In this document: in pieces, positions 51,312-64,000 of the stretch
Numbering within the stretch: position 1 is the stretch's first letter
Layout: the number at the start of each line of letters is the position of its first letter
DNA from: Tubiluchus corallicola
Lineage: Eukaryota; Animalia; Priapulida
Direction of reading: 5' to 3'
DNA: 64,000 bases
NCBI GenBank assembly: GCA_030141605.1
Contig: JAQGDQ010000280.1
Coordinates: 119,510-183,509, forward strand
Notes under the pieces: model-generated
The model's input: the letters and a program-made list of their open reading frames with translations, nothing else
What the model was told of the DNA's origin: nothing
The model's database searches: none
Made by a program: the position numbers and the translations under genes

Positions 51312-52255
51312 ACTGCATGTTCAGCAGCGAGGCAGCTGAAGCATACAATTAGTTGCTGAAACTTTCTTGTTTAAAAAAACGGAGTATTGTTCTGATCTGC
51401 AGCACACAAGAATTACATGCAGAACAATCTAGACGACAAGTTATAAAATACACGATAACACAACAGTCATACACACGATAAAGAGGATTTCCATAATAAA
51501 TTCAATCACATTTAGTAAAAAAACTAATCATATAAGGTATTTATCACAGATATACAAAAATGAAAAAAAGATTCATTCTGTTTCGTAGTTCGTAATTTTA
51601 GAATGTCAGGCTGGTATAAATGCAAACCAAGCAACCTCACAGACGTTGTAATCGTCTCACTGAGGCATTTTAATCAGTCAGGTCAATAGACATAAATCCG
51701 TAATCTGTGGCATTTTTCTGATTAAATCACAGAGATTTGTCACAATTCCATTCATTTCTTCACTAATCTGATCACCACTAATCCACGTGGTTAATAGTGA
51801 CAGCTTGACTTGCTGAAGAACAGACAATGCATGGACGCTTTGACCACTGAAGTTTTGTTTGTGGACACTGGTCAGAGATCGTCTAACTCAGGTCAGTTTT
51901 TTTACAGGAGCAATTTTGACATAGTTGATGACAAGGACAATAATGACGCTTTTTGTGAATTTAAGAGTTAAATGATAGTTAAAGAACTTAGATCTGTAAC
52001 AGCCAAAAGCTTTTTGTTTTTTTAGTATAAGGATGGATGAAATTTTGAAATTAATAAAAGACAACATTAATATTGTAATAGAAGGTTTAGCTACGCTGAA
52101 ATGTAGTGCAATATTGGCACTGTTTTCTGTCATCAAACCGAGTCCTTAGCTACAACCGTGTTTCCAAAACTACAGTTATTCATAAATTTGTAAGATGTTG
52201 TACAGACTGGCAAACTCTCAATGATTAATTTTTGGCTGAATTACAAGCCTTTTAA

Positions 52256-52801
52256 AGGAAGACCGGACGATTGTTTAGACTCCATCTCACTTTAATTTAC
52301 TATCCAAAATACGCATTTTTTTCTTGCCTATAAAAATTAGCAATTGTTTCTTATATTTGAATAATTAGCTTAGAAAGTTAATTAACTGCAACCGAACACA
52401 GCTATTGCTTACGTCAGAAACTAACCACAGTTTGCGAGACGGTAGGCATCTTTCCTTGTGCGTCAAGCACGTTTGCGTAAGTGTTATTGCTTAAACGCGC
52501 GATGTGACGAAAATGGGCTCTACGTCTTATGACGTCAGAAATTAACACTGCAGTTCATGATCATGGTTATCACGGTACCGCCTTCTATTTGTCGGCCACG
52601 CGCATGTGACAAAAAGGCGCCGTTGCCAATCTTAGTAAATTCATTGAGCCGCGCGTAGCTTTGAAAGTTTAACGAAACTTGAGTGTCCGAGATAATTATT
52701 ATTTAATCTAAGCTTTGATTTACAAAAAGCTATTGTAGTTTTCAATATTTTAGAGCAATCTTTATTCTGAACTCGTGTTTACACAATCATCCGGTTTTCA
52801 T
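52256..52801 (+). mobile_element. Kolobok-type MITE family A
   Basis: TTAA|AGGAAGACCGGACGATT...ATCCGGTTTTCAT|TTAA. Confidence 0.85.
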
Positions 52802-54159
52802 TTAAGTTAGTTTTGCAGAAAAACACATTTGGAGTTCAATTCACAATCTAGCAATTTGGAAGCACTGACGCATATACAGAACTTTTCCCTGGCTAGAGCA
52901 TCAGCAAACATCAAAACATCAAAAATTACTGCAGTGTTGATTTTTCGTCGATTACCATTAAACGTGCAAGCTCTAGCGGGAGAGGCAGCAGGAAACATCG
53001 GGAGAAGCAGCAGGAAACATCCAGCAAAACAAACGAAAAGGCCACGGTGGTTGAATTCAGTGTGACTCATTCCGTAGGCCCTGGAGGCAGTTGCAATTTG
53101 ACTAGTATTGTATCAATTTCCTCTAGACATAACTCTGTTAGCTTTAGCAATTATCTACACAAGCTGTTTAAATTGATAGCCTCCTTGTCGGCGCTTAGAG
53201 GAAACAACACAAATCAGAGGAAAAGACTCAAGCTCGAAGAGAAAAACACCATCTTGAAGGAAATATAAACGAGAGAAGTTTGCAGGAAAATTGAAAACAA
53301 TTATCAAAAAATTAAGTGTAGACAGGATTTGGTTCCATTGGAAAACATCTAGAAAGAGAGAATCTTTTGAAGTTGTTTTTTTCAGCTGATAACTTCGAAT
53401 GCATCTGTTAGGATAGCTGCAATTACCCAGGTCCATTCATAAATAACGCTGAGAAATTCGTCTTGAAATCTTACATCACTCACATGCTGTCTTAATGTAT
53501 GCAGAGCTTGTACTAGCAACGCTGTAATAAAACTTGTAAATTTAAATTCTCGCAGCCATTTTAACCGTAAGTCGTTTAAAACAAGCTTAGGCAGCATTGT
53601 GAAACGATTCAAAAAATAATAATCAAAGCACTCGTTACATAGTCCTAAATAAGCAAAAGTTTAAATTATTTTTTGTTGTCAATAAGGTCAATAATTAGTT
53701 TTTTTGTGAATCAGTGGTGCACACTGGGAAGGTAATGTGACAAATGCAGTGCCGTTTTATCAGTTAGCGCGAATATTTTAAATTATCTTTTCTTTACTTT
53801 GAATTTTCTTTTCTAATTACGTAAGTCTTTACTTTACTTGAAAATTCCCGTTTCTTAGTTTTGAGGTATTATTGTGGTATGTAAGACCATGCATGAGTGC
53901 TAAGAACAATGGCCCATTGTCTCCACTTCAATATCTTTTCATACTCAGACGAGGTTCCACAAACAAACAGCTTAAGTTTCTATATGTTAAGAAAGCCGGA
54001 CAAATTAATTACGACGTAGATTTATGAATAATAGCAGCCCAAAGTCAATTTAAATGATACATCTTTTCCAATCACTCAATCGGATATCATACTAATTAGT
54101 GATTTACTCTGACTATCTAAATCAAGAGAGAATAATAGATAAAAACTTAGATAATAGAT

Positions 54160-54622
54160 TAAAAACTTAATTAAAGGTGGCGAGACCAACTATTGATGAC
54201 ATCACAAACTAACATAATTTTCAACAGCAAAAATATTCCACGAGCGTGTTGAACGTGTTTGCGAAAGCTAAACTTAAGTACAGTGTTAAGTACAGTAGGC
54301 ATGTTTTAAGATAAAAATTTAAATTCACATTTACCGCTGTACTCACGCATGAACTGTCGAACGTGTCTAGTTCGTCACAAACTAACAGAGGTACAACATG
54401 CACCTGTTTTTTGTACAATGCGTTTCTGAAATGCAGGCGCTAGTGCCCGTCTAACTGAAATGCATGTAATAGCTAAGAACTAGAGCTGCGAATGCGAAAT
54501 TGTGTTTGTCTCACGTAATTCTTTCACGTAAGTCGTTTTTGAAAAAAACAGTATGTTTCATTTCAATATTTTAAAGAGTAGATTGTTTTGACCTACAGTT
54601 TAAGATTGTGTTCGGTTTTACT
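54160..54622 (-). mobile_element. MITE family B, partial
   Basis: Homologous to 45680-46207; TTAA at 54623. Confidence 0.75.
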
Positions 54623-57600
54623 TTAAGGAATTGTATACGAAAGGACATTGAGGCACTAACGCTTCCGTGACTATACGGCTCTTTTAATTTCTTTTAGTCT
54701 TTCCGCCTCATTTTTTTACAATAAACACGGAATTATGAATAATAGAGTGACAATTGGTGAACCTATTGATAATGCGATCATGATCTACAGGTGAATTTAC
54801 AGTAATATCATATCCCAGGAGACAAGTCAGGTAATCATTCTTGATCATACAGGCAAACAGGTGAAAGAGCAATGAGCAAATTTAATTAACCTTACGTGGA
54901 GTGTCAAGCCTATATTGCATGGATCTAATTAAAGAGCACCTATTTGGCGAACTTTTATTGGCAAACTCGACGGAGCAAATATGAAACTCTTTGAAAAACG
55001 TAAAAGATATTGAATGCAGTAAGAGAAGAAAATGTGACAGAATGACGTTTTTGCATCAACAATTAATAATTACTGCATAAAAATAGAAGCCACACTTACC
55101 TAATATATTAATGGGAGAAATGGTCATTGATTTAGTAATGGAATTTGGAATCAAATGACATATAAAACGTAAGTCACCAGAAATAACGGGAAATAACTAG
55201 AGACAATGCAGAATGATCAAAACACAAGAATAGAAAGGGGAAAAATTATACAGGGTCCTTTACAAAAGTCATTACAGCATCTCCAAGTGTCTCTTAAACA
55301 GAGCGATTTCTAGAGAACTAAATCGACTCATCTTGTAATTATAGTGATGCCAACGTGTAAATTCAAGCGCATGCGCAGTGAAGACTAGCAGCTTAAAATT
55401 TCTTTAGCAATAAAAACTGTGTAGTGAACACCAAATAATCAGGTCATCCATCCAGTGACATTCTCTTCAAATTGTTGCAGAACTACATAAAGTCCGCTAA
55501 AAGTTTTGCTTAACTGATTGCACGTATAATTGTATTTTAAGTTATTATGTAGACTTTCAATCAAGTTTCATTAATAAAGAACTTATGCTAGAATCAACTG
55601 CTGTAATAACCGTAATGCTACACTAATTGTATTAATTCCACATGTATTGGATTTCTCAATGAAGTAGCAACACTGTGCATTACAATATACAACTTATACT
55701 TTTCATGGGTTTATAGGCTTATGTACGTCGAGTATCGTTTCTGTTGTCGTATCTATTGTATGGGTTTTGTAAATTTCAATTAAGTATTAATTAATAAACC
55801 TGTCGCATTTTTAATTAACTATTTTGAGTCATCACATGCTCAAACTATCTAATTGTATATAACTATCCTTGACGTTTTTCTGAACTGCACATAGTGTAAA
55901 TACTGCGATCAGTAATACATGTTACTGTGTTGTAAATCCACTCAAAATAAATAAAGTTTACATAATCAGAACAAACAGTCCATCTCTCATTTAGTGACAC
56001 CTACACATCTGGAGAGCAGCCTAATATCCAATGTACTAACACCCAACTTAGAGTCTGTTCAAGAGTAAGTGCTAGCAGATTGCAATATGTTGCTTGAAGA
56101 GAAGGAAGCCATCGCAGAGCGGCATTTCAGAATCAGCGCATCTATAATGCACGTAGTGGCGTAACACGATCTGCTGCTCTCCTCTTGTGCAAAGCTCCCC
56201 TTTCTTATGCAATTAGCAAATAATAAGGAGTGGAATTGTGATGATGTTTGCTCTTGGGCATCAGTAGAAGCCACAATGTATACAACATTCCAGCGGTGAG
56301 CTGACGAAGCCATGCGAGGCGGTCAACGTAAACACACGCCGTCGGCATGCAGTAAAGATGATTAATGAAAATAATCATATAAAATTAATGGGAAACTGTG
56401 CAATTTTGAGTACTTGATTTGCGGAGGATGTAACATAAATATTTAGCTCTAATATCTTATCACGGCATCTTCAGAAAATCTTACACGTTTATAAGGCTGC
56501 CGAGACCAAAAAAATTTCTAATTATCTCTTTCAATATTTTGCAATGCGGCGAATGTGGACTACGTGGTTAAACTACAGGGTACAACATGTATTATTGTTT
56601 GGGATCTTAAAACCAATTGACATACGAAGCCTTGATTAATAAGTTTTGCTCTTTCTTGTCTTTTATTCCCAAAAAACATGTTATTCCAACTAAACAATAA
56701 AAAGTTTATGTCAAAAAATACCATTAACCAAAAGATCAATAATTACACATAATTTAGCAGTTTTTACACTACAGCTTTGCAGCTGTTTTTAACTAATTTG
56801 TAATTTAACTAAATAACTAATTTTAAAAGTAATAAAGGAATATAGATATATTATTACCCCCCCCCCAATTATGAGCTTTCTAAACACACAACACGACAAT
56901 ATTTTAACGCCCTATAAACTAACTTGTGTTACCAAAATTCAGTCCACTCAATCAGGTTGCACTGATCACGTGATCAGGCCTAAAAATCGCCACAACGTGG
57001 ACAAAGCAGACAACAAGAAAAGGCTGGTAAGTATTCTAAATTTTCAGTACACATGTATTATTTTTTCATAGTTCATAAGGAACTTAAGGCTTTACGAGCC
57101 GAGACGTGGAGGTGGTAAAGTTAAGGACACAGTCCTGAAATACGTCAAAGCCGTAAGAAACTCACCATCCAAATTTAACTTACAACAGTGAAGAGTAGGC
57201 AGGTACTGATGGTATGCCTTGACGTCCTCGGTCGGACAGTCAAAGTTCAATTCTACCAAAAACTTGGCGCTTTATCTCCTGTTGGGTTCATCATTAGGGT
57301 GCTCCAGGTAACTGTAAAGCCGCATGAAAGAGTTTAGCCATGAGCAGGTGAAGTTGACAGACGGTAAAAATGAACAGTTGAAGTCTCTACAAAATCATTT
57401 ACGTAATGCTTTTGTAATAAACAGTGACCTACCGTTTAAAGGTCAACATCACGGACAAGATAAAGCTCAGTAATCTATATAAACGTTATCGTAATATCGG
57501 AATCGATAATATCAAAAATGCACAAGATTGAAAATAAGAAATATGATATCTCAGGGATGATACTGTACTGGAACGTACGTTAGGCAATGGTCAAAGCTCT

Positions 57601-59069
57601 TATAAATTGTTGTCCAGTACCTTAATCTCCACCTATCAGTAGTGATTAGAGTTAGCAAACACAAAACAAGATTTGTTTAAAGGAGTCTACCAGAAAACCA
57701 CCAACAAATCTACAAAACTAAAGAAACCAATCAAGCCACACAAGCAGAAATTTGAAACGGGTTTACATCGAAACAGCACTAAATCTGTGGGCAACCAAAC
57801 AGGGGTAACAGGAGCGCCTCACTCGGAAAAGATTTTGATGAAGTAGTCGATGATCTTAGTGGATGGTTAAAGGATTAGTTTCAACTAGAACATTGTAAAG
57901 AGTAGGCCAATTAAACTTACGTTAATTACACTTTTGACGGTCGGTGACCATGGCATGTGACACAAGATAAAAATTTCTACAAAAACAACAATGCAGTCAG
58001 TTTAAACAGATTAGAGACGAATTAAAACTGAGTGATATGCAGTTTGACCTGCTGAATATTCATAGTACATTTCTACATTGCTGCAATACACGTGAATCAC
58101 AAAACTTACTGGCAGCCTAATTAGCCATATACATTGTTCAACTGTGACTCTCTGTAAAACTGTTGGAAAACTGAAATTCCTGAGAAGGAATGCTAAGACA
58201 CCACATCCTGTAAAACTTGGTGGCCTGAATGTGCTTGATGTCTGAACTGGTGTCCTATAGAGTTTCTATCATGACGCTTCATACCTCATCGGGTCATTAC
58301 ACATTGCAGTTATTATATACACTCGCCAAGCAACGTACAGCGGTCGCTTATTGCAGAAATATAGGTTGCCTCGTTTCTCCTTACAAAATCAACAAACACG
58401 AGAAAATTAGCTACAGGTTCTGCGCATGCGTAGTTGTGGCAGGACGACCTATTGACTGAACGGGGCAATATTGGGCACTCAGAAGTCATAATATGAAAAC
58501 GTTTCTGTTTTCAATTTGCAGTGGAACAAAAACACGAAAATCTTTAAACAATTTTATAACCAAATCTAGTAACACATCAGTCGAGTACCGTATTACCCAT
58601 GATTAAAAATTCATTGTCTCATAGAATTCTGTGTTACAATATAACAATAGAAATTTGCCCCCCCCCCCCTAAAATACCATACATATATACAACGTTGAAG
58701 GGTATACATCATTGCGTGGTCAAGGTGTCTAGTGTCACGGACAAAGGCAAGAAGGCGCCGGAAGTAAAATAAGTAACTTCCCCTGCTAACACTCAACTTG
58801 TACAAAATTATATGGAAAATAATGTAACTCTGAAAGATGTGTTTAGAACTTTTCCGTATCATTTTGTAATACCGTGAAAGGACGCAATTCATCTCCTATG
58901 CAGCGAGTAACAATAAAGATAGCAAAAGATCGTACAAGTTGTGTAGATAATAGGAATTTTAATCTTTTTTTATCCAAGAATCAAAGGAGAGAAATATTAG
59001 ATTATGTGGTGTCATTTTAAATTAATTTCTTTTAATACACGCAAGAGACAGCTTCTAGGAATCAACATG

Positions 59070-59120
59070 TTTATTGAGAGACGATCGTTTCGGCTTCTGA
59101 AGCCATTGTCAAACTATAAA
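59070..59120 (-). ncRNA. Second hammerhead ribozyme motif (inverted copy)
   Basis: Reverse complement: tttat-agt TTGACAA t ggct-tcaga-agcc GAAA cgatcg TC tct-ca-ataaa; U-U mismatch at the first pair of stem I. Confidence 0.55.
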
Positions 59121-59492
59121 TCAAACCAAAAAGAAGAAAAAATAAGACTATGTTCCTCAGGGTCTGTAGAGGTCCTGGTGGATTTAGTCTCTTGTCACTT
59201 TCATACAAATATTCTGCGGTTTCCCTTGTTGTAGTTCCCACTTGTTGTAAATTGTGCAAAATGTAGAAGTTGTGTTTTATTTTTATACCGCTGTGGTTCT
59301 TCATTATGTAGACTTGGATTAATTGTTTACCTGTTGTGTTCTTGTTTGGTTCTCATATGTTACGTACTTTTGTATATTGCTCTATAAATTGTTCCGTTTA
59401 TTTTGATAAGTTAAATTCTAATCTGTTCTTTTGTAGTTTCAGTTTGTGCTTTTGTATCATTAATGTATTATTTATTCTTCTTTTTGGCTTGA

Positions 59493-59543
59493 TTTATAGT
59501 TTGATAATGGCTTCAATAGCCGAAACGATCGTCGCTCAATAAA
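59493..59543 (+). ncRNA. Minimal type-I hammerhead ribozyme motif (Penelope-like)
   Basis: tttat-agt TTGATAA t ggct-tcaat-agcc GAAA c-gatc-g TC gct-ca-ataaa. U3-A8 core, 4-bp stem II, palindromic stem III, GUC cleavage triplet at 59531-59533, bulged stem I. Confidence 0.65.
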
Positions 59544-60073
59544 CATGTTAACTTCTTTGTTTTTTGTAGGAAAATAATATCAATTTTTGTTATCGGTGTC
59601 CAGAATTTATCTCACTTTTTGTGTACTTGTCTTTTTTTAATTGAACCAGTTATACATCTGAACATATGCATTTGAAAACAAATGATGTTAATAATAAGAG
59701 CAGTTCAGATCTCGAAAATTCCTCTCTGCAGACAACATCTATTGTCAAGTCACAATCTAATCCGATTCGGATGGATAAATTTCGAGGCATTAAGCCATTT
59801 GAAATCTCGGCAGATACCTGAGCCGAGGAACATTGATATGTAAAGAGGACGAGAGTCGGCAAAACACGATTTTCACATTTAGACGTTCCGTTGTGATGAT
59901 AATCTTGATCCTGTTGCAGCCTCGGCTTAAGTGGCTTCTATATTACAATTCCAACATCTTCACATGCGCTGCGTGCAGAGAAGCAATCAAATTGCATTAC
60001 AGTATCCAGCAATTGCACACGGAATGAACACGGGCCAATCTAAAAACGTGGGCAAAAAGTTTAATATGTACGT

Positions 60074-60410
60074 AATGTGCACGTCTACACGCCCAACGTG
60101 CACGCAATGCGTACGTCTATACGCCCACCGTGCACGCAATGCGTACGTCTACACGCCCAACGTGCACGCAATGCGTACGTCTATACGCCCAACGTGCACG
60201 CAATGCGTATGTCTACACCCACACCGTGCACGCAATGCGTAAGTCTATACGCCCACCGTTCACGCAATGCGTAAGTCTATACGCCCACCGTTCAGGCAAT
60301 GCGTAAATCTATACGCCCACCGTTCACGCAATGCGTAAGTCTATACGCCCACCGTTCACGCAATGCGTATGTCTACACGCCCAACGTGCACGCAATGCGT
60401 ATGTCTACAT
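60074..60410. repeat. 32-bp minisatellite, about 10 copies, decaying into purine-pyrimidine alternating sequence to about 60700
   Basis: Unit aatgcgtacgtctacacgcccaacgtgcacgc. Confidence 0.9.
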
Positions 60411-63400
60411 GTCCAGCATGCACGAATCGTGTATGTCTCTACACATGAAGAATGTAGCGCGTTCTACAAACGCAACATGCACGCTTGCAGCATGTATGGC
60501 ATGTATACAATGTATACTTCGACACACGCAACATGTACACAATGTGTACTTCTACACGTGCAGCACGTAAGCTATGTGTAAGTTGTATGCATTGTGTTCT
60601 TTTACACGTGCAGCATGTAGACTATGTGTACTTGTACATGTGCAAGGTGTATGCAATGTGTTGCTACATGTATGCAATGATGTGCAACATTCACGTACAA
60701 TTAATTCTATGAATGTATGTGAAAAAACGAAAGCCAACTTAACCAATCTATAGCAACTAATTAACTAATTAATACACCTGTTCCATAAAATTAGCAAAAA
60801 GTACACGTCCTTGTGAACCTGTAATGCCACCCACCTAGTATCACATTTTATAAATACATGTATGTAAAAAAAAAACTCTGAAACGGATCATTCATGAGCT
60901 GATGCATTACGCTGTTTCTTTTCATTCAGCTGCAACAGCTGCTATACAGACAGGAAAACCTTCTACGTAATGAAAAATTAGCAATTCCTTGATTAATTCA
61001 CATCTGCCACCAGCTACCAAAGGGTTAATTTCAAGTATCAGTCATTTTTTTCTGTCAAAATTCAGTTCGTCCTACAATATCATTATTTCGAAGGCAGAAC
61101 CGGAGAGGCGAAACTCTTTATACATGCATATCGAACGCAGCCTGATATGATGTACTAGCCCTTATATACGATACATGTATCTGATGTCTACATTAAAGTC
61201 AATTTCAAAGCAAAAATGATTAATTTTTAAGTTAATCATTAAAAATTACAAGCCCCAGACGTCTGCATTTAAGCCAGTTTCAATACAAAAATGATTAATT
61301 TTTAAATTAACTATTTAATATTTAAACTATCATCTTCAGAAATCCCCCATCACTTAAGACGATTAATTATAGCACAAACCTCGGGTGCAGCCTCCAACTG
61401 CATATTGCCACACGATGCCATCGAATCCACCAAATGAGCTAATTTTTGACACCACATCGATGATTCTATATACTTGTTCGATAAGAGGTTTCCAAGCCCA
61501 AAATAACTGCAGTTCGATTATGACGGTTATAATAAGCAAACCACAGAAGAAGCGAAGACTTCTCCTCGAGTTGCTCCTTAATCAACGACTTCGAATGCAA
61601 ATGAACTGACAGAGAAAAGTCGGGCAACTGCCTATAAACATGCTACATTAATATCTTGTGTAATCAATATTGCTAATTTGAAATTCTTCCACTCGTGTTA
61701 GTGACGGGCGTGGAGGAGATTGTTTAAACAAGGCGCTAGAATATCAGCCTACAAGAAGAGCATAGCAAACGTTTGTGTGTGAATGAGAATAATGAAGAAT
61801 TCCCCCACTTTGGTTGCTGTTGTAATGTAATCACAGCTTATGACACTTTCTAGAAAATAATGCTGCCTTTAAGCAACGCTTGCAATGTTCAACAATTTTT
61901 TATTTCTGTTTTGTGATTAGCTGGACACTGGTAATGTATCTAATCTCAAGGCTCAAAGATAAACTAGATAAGCTGTAAAAATCAATAAATGATAAACGAC
62001 TTGATGCCAGGCTTGTCTTTACTTTACAGTCGCAAATCCAAAAAAAATTTCTACTCTTTTCAGAAAAATTTTTCTCTTTTTAGAAACTTATCATCTGTAC
62101 TGTTATAATATCACACACAGACTTTTTCCGTTCTGGCAAAAATTAAATTTATCTGACGCATTCAATTGCGCTATTCACACAAAAACCTGATTCACTGAAC
62201 GCTTTTAATCAATCACTGTGTGAACTCGGTCACATCGATAGGACCGTGAAAACTTGATTGCTTTTGGTATAGAAACTGCGATCCATTTCATCATCTCACC
62301 GATGCGCCATCACTGCAGCTCCAACGTTGATTAATTCACTTTGTTGGAAACGCGTTTTTATAACACTGGCTTTCAAAAGAATTCATTTGAATTTAAAACA
62401 TGGTTGAATCAGTGCCGCAGCAAGAATGTATATTGCACGGGTATCGAACCAGAGATGAAGAAAATAAGATCCAATCTTTCAGCAGTTTCGTATAGTTGTC
62501 GCTGTAGTTCTGTATCAATGTAACTAGGTCTCGCACTTAGCAAACGGTAAAATAGAAGTTCTCCAATAGGTCGCTTTCATCTCTATCAACAATGCAAGTC
62601 AGTGGTTTAGACTCTTATTCCAAAAAAACCTGTGTTCCCGTCGCATGTCACAGCAATTGTTACTATCACGTGACCTAAAGCGAAGACTTAAAGCAAATTC
62701 CATGCGCAACTCAACGAAATTTCTCGATACTCGCTCGCCAAATAATTATTTTAAGATGACAACGACATTAGTAAGCATAATTTGTAAGACTTTCAGAAAA
62801 AAACTTGTAATTTTGAGCAACTTTTGGTAGCTGGAATGCAGAGAACAGCGTGCTATACATGATCACGTGACCCGCCACGCACAAAACGTTGAAACAGTTG
62901 AACGTCGTAAATTTCGGGTGAATTCCTACGACTCAGAAAAATAAATCTCGGTCATCTCTGCTGACTATGCTGAAGTCATCTCTATGCCAGCTTTTACGGC
63001 AAATTTACGCGCATTCCTAAACATCTCTGCTAAACATGCAAGTCCTGCGTGCAGTGGCGGAGAGTAAATAGAATCAATGACACTGGAACTAGTACAAATG
63101 AAATTTATATGTGGGCAGGGAAGGAAGCAAACTCAGTTAGGAATGCCATGCCCAGTTTAACACGGTTCATTTAGTGGCGATATTGCATCAGGCAGGACAC
63201 GCGAGACTTTCAGATAAGGCTACTGAAGCCAATATGGTTGCAGGTTACAGGGACCTGGAGAACGCAGTAACGTTATTAGCAGATCATCAAGGCATAAAAC
63301 TTTAATAGTTTTGAACAATTACACATAATTATATTACAGGACCGGAACAACACGTTACGTTGTTGACTTGTAGTTGCACAGTAATGACTTAGTAAAACTA

Positions 63401-64000
63401 AAATAATTGTAACCTAAAATGATGTGCAAAATAATAACAAACTTTAACAGTATTGTATAATCCAGTTATATTGTAGATTATTATTATTATATTATTATAA
63501 TTATTATTAATCTCTCAGAGACTAGTAGATAAGATAGGCTTCAGAAGACATAACGAAACTGGAGTTTATAGGAAATGTCGTCAATAGATTGTCAATGCAT
63601 ACAACTGTCATTTTTTTAAGAATAATAATTGGGAACGTGCAATCATAATCTGGCCCAGAACCGTAGATGGAAATATCAATTATTGTGGATTTTCAAAATC
63701 ATTGGCTGTGACCCTTTCTTGTGCCGGGGCTAAGCGGTAATTAGGTGCATTCAGAATCAAACTCATAGGATTCGTCAACAGGGTTTAAATAGCACGGCAT
63801 AGATCAAGAAGCCGAATGTTGCACTCTGTATATAAATGGCCTTCTGATAATTTCCTATGTAATTTCATAGATCAATTTTCTCCAGCCCAACAAAAGTCAG
63901 TTACATGACCTTACTGTTGATAGTCAACCATTCAATAACTTTTCAGAGTCAACGTTGTTCAACTTTGGTACTTTTTGGTCATAAATTAAACCAAATAACG

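Larger units (their letters stand above)
59064..59549. mobile_element. Foldback element with 81-bp inverted termini; probable non-autonomous Penelope-like element with inverted pLTRs
   Basis: 59064-59144 vs 59469-59549 inverted, about 6 mismatches; each arm holds a hammerhead followed by AATAAA. Confidence 0.55.

Noticed and set aside
50944-51359. Poly-D/I/S/M ORFs
   Set aside because: (CAT)n microsatellite
56059-56313. 84-aa minus-strand ORF as an MCC N-terminal exon
   Set aside because: No recognisable MCC/EF-hand similarity and no good donor before the stop

Overview
AT-rich, intron- and repeat-rich animal genomic DNA, probably invertebrate. A MetaSINE-like element and typical metazoan splice sites support this; the species cannot be determined from sequence alone. 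Two convergent spliced genes can be assembled by hand with consistent GT-AG phases. The 3' half of coronin-7 (CORO7/POD1) is on +: 9 exons, 268-10210, about 400 aa, ending in the acidic EGVDSDEWSD motif. An MCC (colorectal mutant cancer / USHBP1 family) orthologue is on -: 14 exons, 35669 to 13814, about 785 aa, ending in the PDZ ligand NETSL; its first exon(s) were not identified. Introns and the ~28 kb upstream of MCC hold several TTAA-flanked Kolobok-type MITE families, hAT and pogo-like non-autonomous elements, tRNA-derived SINE pieces, minisatellites and microsatellites. Three observations stand out. (1) An inverted, frame-intact copy of the CORO7 C-terminal acidic tail, its 3'UTR and the adjacent MITE lies 37 kb away, in MCC-sense orientation behind a TAGTAG acceptor. 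(2) An inverted pair of minimal type-I hammerhead-ribozyme motifs (U3-A8 core variant, palindromic stem III, Penelope-like) lies at 59.1-59.5 kb. (3) A hAT element with a perfect 8-bp TSD is mostly filled by a 31-bp satellite. Most ORFs in the supplied track are repeat-derived or chance.
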